A stretch of 56,395 bases of DNA from Ruthenibacterium lactatiformans (GTDB lineage: Bacteria > Actinomycetota > Coriobacteriia > Coriobacteriales > QAMH01), in the NCBI GenBank assembly GCA_963614215.1, contig CAVECB010000008.1, forward strand, positions 1 to 56,395, written 5' to 3'. Under the pieces are notes generated by a model. It saw only the letters and a program-made list of their open reading frames with translations. It had not been told where the DNA came from and ran no database searches. Shown here one piece after another: positions 47,078-56,395 of the stretch. The position numbers and the translations under genes were made by a program. Every line of letters starts with the position of its first letter. The stretch's first letter is position 1.

Positions 47078-49055
47078 CTACTCGTTCAGCTCGTCGATGC
47101 ACTCGGCGAACTGCGAGTTGTACAAATCGGCGTAGAAACCGCCCTTCTCGAGCAGCGCGTCGTGCGTGCCCTGCTCCACGATGTCGCCGCCGTCGATGAC
47201 CAAGATGGTGTCGGCCGCGCGGATGGTGGACAGGCGGTGCGCGATCACGAAGCTCGTGCGCCCGGCGGCCAGGCGCGAGAACGCGTCTTGGACCTGGCGT
47301 TCGGTGCGCGAGTCGATGTTGCTCGTGGCCTCGTCGAAGATGAGAATCTCGGGGTCGGCCAAAAGTGCGCGCGCGATGGTGATCAGCTGGCGCTCGCCCA
47401 CCGAGATGTTGGAGGCCTCCTCGTTCACCACCGTCTCGTAGCCCTCCGGTAACGTGCGGATGAAGCGGTCCACGTGCGCGGCGCGTGCGGCGGCCACGAC
47501 CTCCTCGCGCGTGGCGCCGTCTTTGGAGTAGGCGATGTTGTCGGCGATGGTGCCGTTGAACAGCCAGGTCTCTTGCAAAATCATGCCGAAGTGGCTGCGC
47601 AGCTCGTGATATCCCATCTCGCGTATGTCGCGGCCGTTCAGGCGGATGGCGCCGCCGTCTATCTCGTAGAAACGCATGAGCAGGTTCACGAGTGTGGACT
47701 TGCCCGCGCCAGTGGGCCCGACGATGGCCACCTGGCTGCCGCGGGGCACCTCGACGGAGAAATCGCGGATGACGGGCTTGTCCGGGGCATATCCGAAGCG
47801 CACGTGCGAAAAAGTGACGGCGGGCGCATCCTCTGCGTGCGCCCCGGCCACCCCGGCCGCCCCGTCCTCAGCAGGCAGCGCGTCCGCTTCGGGCAGCGCG
47901 TCCACTTTCTCGCCCGCATCTTCCGTCCGCGCCACGTCTGCCATGCTCGCCTCGTCCATCTCCGGCGCATCCAGTAGCTCGAAGACGCGCTCGGCTCCAG
48001 CCAGCGTGGCCTGCAGGGTGTTCACGATACTTGCTATCTGGGCAATCGGCCGGGTGAACGAGCGCATGTACTGGGTGAAGGCCTGGATATCGCCCACCGC
48101 GACGGCGCCCGCCAGCACCTGCGCGGCGCCCATCACGCACAACACGACATAGGCGGCGTTGCCGATGAACTGGGTGATTGGCCGGATGATGCCCGAGACA
48201 AACTGCGCGCGCCACGCGTGCCCGAAGTACTCCCCGTTCACCCGCTCGAACTCGGCGATGGCTTGCCTTTTGTGGGTAAATGCCCGCACCTCCACGTGCC
48301 CGCCGTAGGTCTCCTCGATGTGGCCGTCGAGTTTTCCGAGCGAGGTCTGCTGGGCCAGGTAGAGCTTTTGGCTGCGCCGCGCGACGAAGACGGTGGCCAG
48401 CACCGACAGCGGCAGGCTTACGAAGGCCACGACCGACATGAGCGGCGAGATGGAAAGCATCATCACCACCACACCCACAAGCGTGACGACGCCGCCGACG
48501 AGCTGGGTCAGGCTGTCTTGGAGCGTGGACGAAACAAGGTCCACGTCGTTTACCACGCGGCTCAAGATATCGCCTTTGCTGCGAGCGTCGAAATACGACA
48601 GCGGGATGCGGTTGAGCTTCTCGTCGACCTGGCGGCGCAGGTCGTAGACGATGTTTTGGGTGACGCGCGCCATGACGAAGGTCTGGAGATAGGTGAACAG
48701 GCCTTGCGCGAGGTAGAGCGCTACGACGACGGCAAGGATGGTGCGCAGCGCATCGAAGTCCACACCGGCACCCTCCACGCCGGCCGCGATGGCCTGCGCG
48801 CCCTCGAAGACCGTGGTGGTGGCGCGCCCCAGCTGGGCGGGAGCAAACACGTCGAAGAGCGTCGCCGCGATGCACAAAAGCAGCACGAGGGCGATGCGGG
48901 GCAGCTCGGGAGACAACAGGTGTGCCAGGCGGCGCACCGTGCCCTTGGCGTCGCGCGCGCGCTCGTTTGGGTCTACCGGTCCTGCGCCGGGCCTGCCAGG
49001 ATGCCCGCCGGCGGGACGGGGGGACTTACGCGCGGCGGAGTTTTTCGCGTCGTTT

Positions 49056-49063
<8 letters not shown>
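47078..49063 (-). CDS. ABC exporter, fused permease/ATPase (type I exporter half-transporter)
   Basis: Six-TM domain then GPTGAGKST, LSVGERQ and ILIFDEATS. ATG overlaps the partner stop by 8 nt. Confidence 0.9.
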
Positions 49064-50885
<1,822 letters not shown>

Positions 50886-51048
50886 AAGGCACTACGATAG
50901 GCCAATGCGGACGGCGCGAGCCCCGCGACGCGCCCACCGTAGCGCCGCCGTTACCAGATACGGGCACTGCGGCACGACAGCGACGACAAATCCTGCAAAC
51001 ACGTGGCGGGACAACGCGAAGCCGCCGAAACACGCGACGGCGCGACGA

Positions 51049-51114
51049 AAAACTTTCGATTCATCGAAAAACTTCCCCCGTTTTCATCAAAACTTTCGAT
51101 TCATCGAAAGTTTT
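51049..51114. promoter_or_regulatory. two copies of a 26-bp palindrome AAAACTTTCGAT-TC-ATCGAAAGTTTT (51049-51074 imperfect, 51089-51114 perfect)
   Basis: Read directly. In the divergent region between the ABC exporter operon and the Phd-like gene. Confidence 0.7.
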
Positions 51115-51233
51115 AAGGGCACGGCACGCCAACCGTATCCCCGCGACTCATCTCCAATTTGAGTACCCGCATGAAATGGCCTAATCGTGGTATTGTTTTG
51201 GGAGGCGATATCCTGCGCCGAGAGGAGACGCCC

Positions 51234-51503
51234 ATGCCGGCTTGTGTTCCCATCAAAGATTTGAAGGACACCGCGGCCTTCACCAAGACGGTTGAAAGCG
51301 CCGCAGGGCCTGTGACCGTCACGCGCAACGGCTACGACGCCTTTGTCGTCATGCGCACGGACGACTACGAGGCATTGCAGGATGAACTGGCACGCACCCG
51401 TCTCTCCTTGCGCATCGCGCGCGCCGAAAAGGAGTACGCTGCCGGCCAATTCTCCGACGGCGAGAAATTCGTGAACGAAATGCGGCAGCAGCATGGCCTT
51501 TAG
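51234..51503 (+). CDS. Phd/YefM-family antitoxin, no toxin gene downstream
   Basis: IKDLKDTAAFTKTVESAAGPVTVTRNGYDAFVVMRTDDYEAL. GAGGAG lies 6 nt before the ATG. The next gene is convergent. Confidence 0.75.
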   Translation: MPACVPIKDLKDTAAFTKTVESAAGPVTVTRNGYDAFVVMRTDDYEALQDELARTRLSLRIARAEKEYAAGQFSDGEKFVNEMRQQHGL

Positions 51504-51521
51504 TTATCGGATGGCGGTGCT

Positions 51522-51785
51522 TCATCGGTAGACGTCGCGGCGATGGCCGATTTCAAGAGCGAGAACCACGAGACACTCGTCTTGAATCTCGCAAAGCACG
51601 CGGTAGTCCCCCACCCGGTAGCGCCATTCGCCCGACCTGTTAGCAACGAGACCTTTCCCGTGCGCGCGAGGGTCGGAGCATCCGTCGACATTTTTCAGCA
51701 ACCAGGCGAGCACCATGCGTCTGACGCCAGGATTCATCTTCGAGAGCTGCTTGTCGGCCCGCTTTGAAAATTCAAGGCGCCACAT
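51522..51785 (-). CDS. relE: RelE/ParE-family toxin
   Basis: MWRLEFSKRADKQLSKM...WRYRVGDYRVLCEIQDECLVVLALEIGHRRDVYR. 87 aa. Confidence 0.85.
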   Translation of the reverse strand: MWRLEFSKRADKQLSKMNPGVRRMVLAWLLKNVDGCSDPRAHGKGLVANRSGEWRYRVGDYRVLCEIQDECLVVLALEIGHRRDVYR

Positions 51786-51786
51786 A

Positions 51787-52011
51787 TCAGAGGTATTTCC
51801 GTGCGACGTCGGCGGCAGACAGCGTGACCGGGTCTTTCTCGAACTCGGCTTTGGCCTCCTCCCAGGCACGCAAATCGAGTTCGTCTTCGATGCGCTCCAG
51901 CGCAGCGGTGCGCATGAACTCGGAAACAGAAGTGCCGAACGTGGCGGCATAGTCGGAAATAAGGGCTTTTTCCTGCCCGTCGAGCCTGATCGTCATCGTT
52001 GCGCTTGCCAT
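51787..52011 (-). CDS. relB: ribbon-helix-helix antitoxin (RelB/CopG-like)
   Basis: MTIRLDGQEKALISDYAATFGTSVSEFMRTAAL. AGGAGG lies 6 nt before ATG 52011. Stop lies 1 nt before the relE ATG. Confidence 0.75.
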   Translation of the reverse strand: MASATMTIRLDGQEKALISDYAATFGTSVSEFMRTAALERIEDELDLRAWEEAKAEFEKDPVTLSAADVARKYL

Positions 52012-52051
52012 GGGCGCCTCCTGGTCCGAACTTCCGTCAACCTTGTAAGAC

Positions 52052-52082
52052 ATCGTAGCACATTCTTTTTTCACCGTGAAAA
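52052..52082 (-). promoter_or_regulatory. candidate relBE promoter TTCACG-N17-TACGAT overlapped by the palindrome TTTTCAC-C-GTGAAAA
   Basis: -10 at 52052-52057, -35 at 52075-52080, palindrome at 52068-52082. All read directly on the - strand, 40-70 nt upstream of relB. Confidence 0.4.
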
Positions 52083-52106
52083 CACGTGCGCGGCCTTGTG
52101 CTCCAT

Positions 52107-53396
52107 TCACGAGCAAAACGCGCGCAACACCTCGAGGCGCGGCGCGATATCTTCCAGCATATCGTCGGCGATATAGGGAGTGGATTCCAAAACGTCGCCG
52201 AATTCGCCTTCCTCTGCCTGGTCTATCGCATCGAAAAGGCCAAAGACGATGGGCCGGGCAAGCTCGGCGAGCGCTCCTGCCGAGATGCCAAGGTCGTCGG
52301 CCAGGCGCGCAAACGTCGACGGGAGCACATCGTCGATGGCCCGCGTCCCGCCAAAGTCCATCGCCATGTCCCTGCTGAAGCGCGCAAACATCGTCGTGCA
52401 GACGAAATCGTATGCCGGTGAAAGCGACACGGTATACGAGCCGGCGAGCGCATCGCCCGCCGGCCGCATGAGGACCGAGAAATTCTTCAGATGCGCATCG
52501 CAGTCGCCGATGGCATACGCAAAGCAGAGCATTTTCGCGAAATTGGCGATATCGCGCACAGGGCTTGCGCCGCGCCTCCTCAGAAAACCCGCTATCGCGC
52601 GGACAGTCCCTCCCTCGATTTCGGCGTACTTGGACGCCGCCTCGACGCCGAGGGCCTGCGCTAGGTCTTCTTGGTGCTGGCGCGCAACGGACAAAGTGCC
52701 CGCGCTATCGCCGCGAGAAACCCTGTCGAAGCGCTCCACGCTCAAAACAGGAGTTGCTGCGTCGATGAGGGCAACCTCTGCGGTGGGGATGCCGCACTCC
52801 TTCGCGGCCTTCATGCAAATGTACTCGTTTTCGGGAACGTCCCTGAGATGGCTTGCCTTCAGGATATGCGTCGTCGCGGCAAAGCCGACGGGCCGCAGCC
52901 ACCCCTCGTCTGCCGCCGCCCCGGGTAGGTGGGCAAGCCCGGTTTTCGTCTGCGTCCCCGCAAGCGAAAGGCGCGACGCGGCATTTTGTGCGGCGACGTT
53001 TTTCCCGTTCGCAAACAGGCGGTTCAGTTGCTGCAAGCTCACATCTTCATACGAGCCTTCAACGCTGGCGCAAGGATCCTCGCTGACGACGACATCGCCG
53101 ATGCAGTCTTTCCCGCAAGCCTCCAGCATCGAAAGATAGTCGCCCGCGGCCAGTTGCAGCTCGGCTGCCAGTGCCGTGCGCGCCGCCCCCTCAGGCAGCA
53201 GCCCCTCAAAATACGGACGCATCTCCTTTTCGGAAAAAGGGTCGCGGCGCAGGGGCAAAGACGCCGAGAGCGGGATGGCCTGCGGCGTTTCAAGATATTC
53301 GTCCAAATAGCGAAACGAGGGAACGTCCGACACGTCGATGACTCCGACCGGTTGAGGCTCGAAAGCCTCGAGGCGCATGATGTGCAGTTTTTTCAT
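52107..53396 (-). CDS. hipA: HipA-family serine/threonine kinase toxin (copy 2)
   Basis: LSLAGTQTKTGL, IGDCDAHLKNFSVL. ATG overlaps the hipB stop (TGATG) with AAGGAGGG upstream. Confidence 0.9.
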   Translation of the reverse strand: MKKLHIMRLEAFEPQPVGVIDVSDVPSFRYLDEYLETPQAIPLSASLPLRRDPFSEKEMRPYFEGLLPEGAARTALAAELQLAAGDYLSMLEACGKDCIGDVVVSEDPCASVEGSYEDVSLQQLNRLFANGKNVAAQNAASRLSLAGTQTKTGLAHLPGAAADEGWLRPVGFAATTHILKASHLRDVPENEYICMKAAKECGIPTAEVALIDAATPVLSVERFDRVSRGDSAGTLSVARQHQEDLAQALGVEAASKYAEIEGGTVRAIAGFLRRRGASPVRDIANFAKMLCFAYAIGDCDAHLKNFSVLMRPAGDALAGSYTVSLSPAYDFVCTTMFARFSRDMAMDFGGTRAIDDVLPSTFARLADDLGISAGALAELARPIVFGLFDAIDQAEEGEFGDVLESTPYIADDMLEDIAPRLEVLRAFCS

Positions 53397-53611
53397 CACA
53401 CCCTCCTTTTGGCGAAAAGGTCGATGCCCAGCATGGTCGCCACGGAGATGGCCTTGTCTATCTCGGCGCTCCCCTTGCCGTTTTCGAGTTTACTCAAGAA
53501 GGTGACGCCCACGTTGCATAGCCCCGCGAGCTGCGCCTGGGTGAAACCTTGGCGCTTGCGCTCGGCGCGAATCAGCGCCCCGAGGTCTTTTGCTGTTGCG
53601 ACGTGCTGCAT
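53396..53611 (-). CDS. hipB: XRE-family HTH antitoxin (HipB-like, copy 2)
   Basis: LGALIRAERKRQGFTQAQLAGLCNVGVTFLSKLENGKG. GGGAGGG RBS before ATG 53611. Confidence 0.85.
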   Translation of the reverse strand: MQHVATAKDLGALIRAERKRQGFTQAQLAGLCNVGVTFLSKLENGKGSAEIDKAISVATMLGIDLFAKRRV

Positions 53612-53646
53612 CCCAACCCTCCCGTACACGTATTCGCCTGCATCCC

Positions 53647-53796
53647 GCGTTCGCGGCGATGAATATATGCGTTCGCACAAATTCCGCTCTCTGCAAGGAA
53701 TATTTATGCGTTCGCATAAAACTTGCGTTCATACCAGCGAATTTATGCGTTCGCAAAAATCACGCTCCGAAACAGTGTAATTTATCCGTTCGCATA
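53647..53796. promoter_or_regulatory. operator array: four TAT(G/C)CG-TT-CGCA(T/C/A)A palindromes at exact 39-bp spacing plus two half/GC variants
   Basis: Sites at 53666-53679, 53705-53718, 53744-53757 and 53783-53796. Extra core GCGTTCGC at 53647-53654 and a half-site at 53725-53730. Directly upstream of hipB copy 2. Confidence 0.8.
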
Positions 53797-53832
53797 AATC
53801 CAGAGGGAACATGGCGGCGGCGAGCCCGCGGG

Positions 53833-56395
53833 CTACTTCTCGGTGAAGTAGCCCGGGGTGGCCGCGGTGTCGATGCGGCCGTAGGTGGCCTTCACGTTGT
53901 CGGCGGAATACTTGGTCCCGTTGCCGCCCTCGAGGCTCGTGCACCCGCTGAAGATATCAGTAGCCGCAGCACTGGAAGTGGACAGGTCGAAATTGCTTGT
54001 CGCGTATATCGTCTTGAGGTTGGTGCAGTTGGTAAACATGGCACCAATCCATATCGTCGTCCCGGGCAGGGTAAACGAGCTCAAATCCAATGTCGTCAGG
54101 CTGCTGCAGCCGCAGAACATGTAGTTGTACGAGGTCACCTTGCTCGTGTTGAAGTTCCCCAGCCCGACAATAGACGTCAAGCCACTGCAGCCGTAGAAGA
54201 ACGAGAAGAGCCCGGTAGCATTGCTCGTATCAAAGCTGCTCACGTCCACCGTACGCAGGCTCTTGCAGCTGTTGAAGAAAAGGTAGAAACCCTCGCCTGT
54301 GACGCTGCTGGTGTTAAACCCGGTCAAGCCCTGTATCTGCTCCATCTTCTCTTGATACCAAAACATCCCTCTCATCTTCGTTGCCTTCGAGGTGTTCAGG
54401 TTGGAGACGTCGATTGTCTTGAGGGAGGCGCCCAGCTTCGTGTAGGCCGTCCCAGCGCCGGAGCTGCCGCCGCCTGCGAGGAGATACTCGGAATCTGCCG
54501 GCGCGAAGACCTGCGAGGCCGAATCGTTGGCAAAAGCGGGCGCGACATAGACTGTGCCGGTGCCCGCCTCGTAGTACACGCCCACAGGCCCCGAGCCGTC
54601 CGCCTGAATGCTCGCGCTGCTCGTCAGCCCCGAGGGGACCTCGCTGCCCTTCACGAACTTCAACGAGGTGGGAGCGCTCGAGACCAGGCCCTGCAGCGCC
54701 GTCCACATCTTGCTCTTGTCGATGGTGTAGCTCGGAAACACGCTGTAGGTGCGGGTCTCGTTCAGGGCGTTGTGGAAAGTGGCGAGGTTGGCCGGTGTGT
54801 AGCCCGTGCCGGTGGTCGTGTCGTACCAGTTGCCGTCCGCGCCCGTGATGTAGCCGCTGTCCGGCGTGGGCAAATTGGCGCTCGAAACCACAAAATCGAA
54901 GTTCGCGCCCAGCGTCACGCTCTGAAGCCTCTTGCAGTTGTAGAACATGTTGACCATGCCGGTGGCGCTCGTGCCCGTAGAAGAACTGCCCGTGTTGAAG
55001 CCCGTCAAATCGAGATAGGGCAGCTTTTCGCAATCGGCGAAAATCCGATACATGTTGACGACCTTGCCTGTGTCGAAGCCCGACACGTTCAGCTCGGTCA
55101 GGGCGCTGCATCCATCAAACATCTGGCGCATGGAGGTGACGTTGGTCGTGTTGAACTCGTCGGAAAGCGTGAGGGTGGCAAGCGCGGAGCAGCCGTAGAA
55201 CATGTCGTACAGCTGCGTGAGGCTTGTCGAATTGTGCGCGTTCGACAAATCCAGCCCCTTCAAAGACGAGCAGTTCTTGAACATGGCGACCAGCGTCGTT
55301 GCCTTGTCCGTGGAAAAGCCGGCGGTGGCCAAACTAGTCACCTTGGAGCAGTCTTGGAACATATAGCTCATGTCCGTAGCTGCGCTCGTCGTGAACTTCG
55401 AGGGATCCATCACGATTGCCGTCGCGTTGGAACAGCCATTGAACATGCTCCGCATGTTCTTGACCTTGGCCGTGTCGAAATTTCTCACGTCGAGCGAGGT
55501 CAGGGCGTTGCAATTACTGAACATGCTCTGCATGGTCGTGACCTGGGAGGTGTCAAACGAGCTGACATCGACCGAGGTCAGCGACTTGCAACCGCTGAAC
55601 ATGTAGTACATATCCGTGACTTTGCCCGTCGAGAGCTGAGACAGGGACGTGATGGACTTGAGTTTTTCGCAATTGGTGAACATCGAGTTCATGATGGTCA
55701 CATTGCCCGTGTCGAACCGATCTTTCAGGTCGATTGTCTCTATGCTGGAGAGAATCCCGAACATGGCCGTCATCATGGTCGCGTTGCTCGTGTCGAAATA
55801 GTCGCCGAGGTTCAGCTCCGTCAGCGCGGTGTTGTTGCAGAAGAACCAGCGCATGTCGGTGGTCTTGGAGGTGTCCAGGTTCGCGCAGTCGATGGTCTTC
55901 AAGGAGCTCTCCAGAGCCGTGTACCCCGAGCCGGCGTTCAGGAAGTCCGCGCAGTCCTGCGGTGCGTGCAGCACATACGAATTGTCGGCCGGGTTGGTGG
56001 AGTCGTCTTCCATCGGGGCAATGTAGAGGGTGGCGGTGTCGGCGGACTGGAAGACGCCCACCTTGTCGTAGCCGTCTTCTTGGATGCCGGCGGTGGCCAG
56101 GTTCGTCAGCCCGGAGACGCCCTGCAGGCTCTCGCCCGTGACGAATTTCAGGGCCGTGGGCTTGGCGGTCAAGGCTCTCAGCACCGTCTTCATTTTCGAC
56201 TTGCTGATGGTGTAGTCCACGCCTTCCATCGCGCAGGTGAGCGCCACGCCGCGTTTCACGGATGCCAGGTTGTGGTCGAGGCGGCCGTCGTTGTAGACGC
56301 GTGTGTAGGTTTTCTCGTTGTAGGCACTCGGGCTGCGCAACCACCAGCTGGCATACATCTCATTCTCACTGCCGCCGTGGTAGTCGTCGTAGTCG
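53833..56395 (-). CDS. large DUF285/BspA-type leucine-rich-repeat surface protein (5' end outside the window)
   Basis: More than 20 units of the FDTSxVTxMxxMFxxCxxL repeat in two blocks. The frame stays open to the window edge upstream of Met 56358 (...DYDDYHGGSENEMYASWWLRSP). Confidence 0.85.
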   Translation of the reverse strand, partial: DYDDYHGGSENEMYASWWLRSPSAYNEKTYTRVYNDGRLDHNLASVKRGVALTCAMEGVDYTISKSKMKTVLRALTAKPTALKFVTGESLQGVSGLTNLATAGIQEDGYDKVGVFQSADTATLYIAPMEDDSTNPADNSYVLHAPQDCADFLNAGSGYTALESSLKTIDCANLDTSKTTDMRWFFCNNTALTELNLGDYFDTSNATMMTAMFGILSSIETIDLKDRFDTGNVTIMNSMFTNCEKLKSITSLSQLSTGKVTDMYYMFSGCKSLTSVDVSSFDTSQVTTMQSMFSNCNALTSLDVRNFDTAKVKNMRSMFNGCSNATAIVMDPSKFTTSAATDMSYMFQDCSKVTSLATAGFSTDKATTLVAMFKNCSSLKGLDLSNAHNSTSLTQLYDMFYGCSALATLTLSDEFNTTNVTSMRQMFDGCSALTELNVSGFDTGKVVNMYRIFADCEKLPYLDLTGFNTGSSSTGTSATGMVNMFYNCKRLQSVTLGANFDFVVSSANLPTPDSGYITGADGNWYDTTTGTGYTPANLATFHNALNETRTYSVFPSYTIDKSKMWTALQGLVSSAPTSLKFVKGSEVPSGLTSSASIQADGSGPVGVYYEAGTGTVYVAPAFANDSASQVFAPADSEYLLAGGGSSGAGTAYTKLGASLKTIDVSNLNTSKATKMRGMFWYQEKMEQIQGLTGFNTSSVTGEGFYLFFNSCKSLRTVDVSSFDTSNATGLFSFFYGCSGLTSIVGLGNFNTSKVTSYNYMFCGCSSLTTLDLSSFTLPGTTIWIGAMFTNCTNLKTIYATSNFDLSTSSAAATDIFSGCTSLEGGNGTKYSADNVKATYGRIDTAATPGYFTEK

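Overview
Visibly GC-rich chromosomal segment. Gene content and codon style fit a high-GC Gram-positive anaerobe, most plausibly a gut Coriobacteriia-type actinobacterium (inference only). I can support about 45 protein genes. I found no rRNA, tRNA or CRISPR array, and no recognisable integrase, transposase or recombinase. Housekeeping backbone: icd, helD, alaA, dnaJ, hemW, dus, lepA, pheA, a MutY-like glycosylase, a HAD hydrolase and a heterodimeric ABC exporter. Accessory content: (i) two DUF285/BspA-type leucine-rich-repeat surface proteins at the window edges, the left one apparently frameshifted behind a C10 tract; (ii) a Fic AMPylase with a ZIP transporter and small metallopeptidase; (iii) an amide-hydrolase island at 10.4-21.2 kb, with three paralogous COG1574-type amidohydrolases, a choloylglycine-hydrolase-family Ntn amidase, a giant fused MacB-type ABC transporter and a lipoprotein; (iv) a roughly 14 kb block between hemW and lepA carrying TetR-MMPL-YhgE/Pip, a sugar-phosphate isomerase, a decayed dinJ-yafQ module, an iteron-like repeat array, vapBC, hipBA, and an orphan solute-binding lipoprotein translationally coupled to an MscS channel with two tandem Cache-like ectodomains; (v) a second toxin-antitoxin cluster at 51.2-53.8 kb (orphan Phd, relBE, hipBA with four phased operators). 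My best candidate for an undescribed system is the SBP plus double-Cache MscS pair, followed by the amide-hydrolase/MacB island and the iteron-like array. All functional calls rest on motifs read by eye from the translations. No database search was possible.
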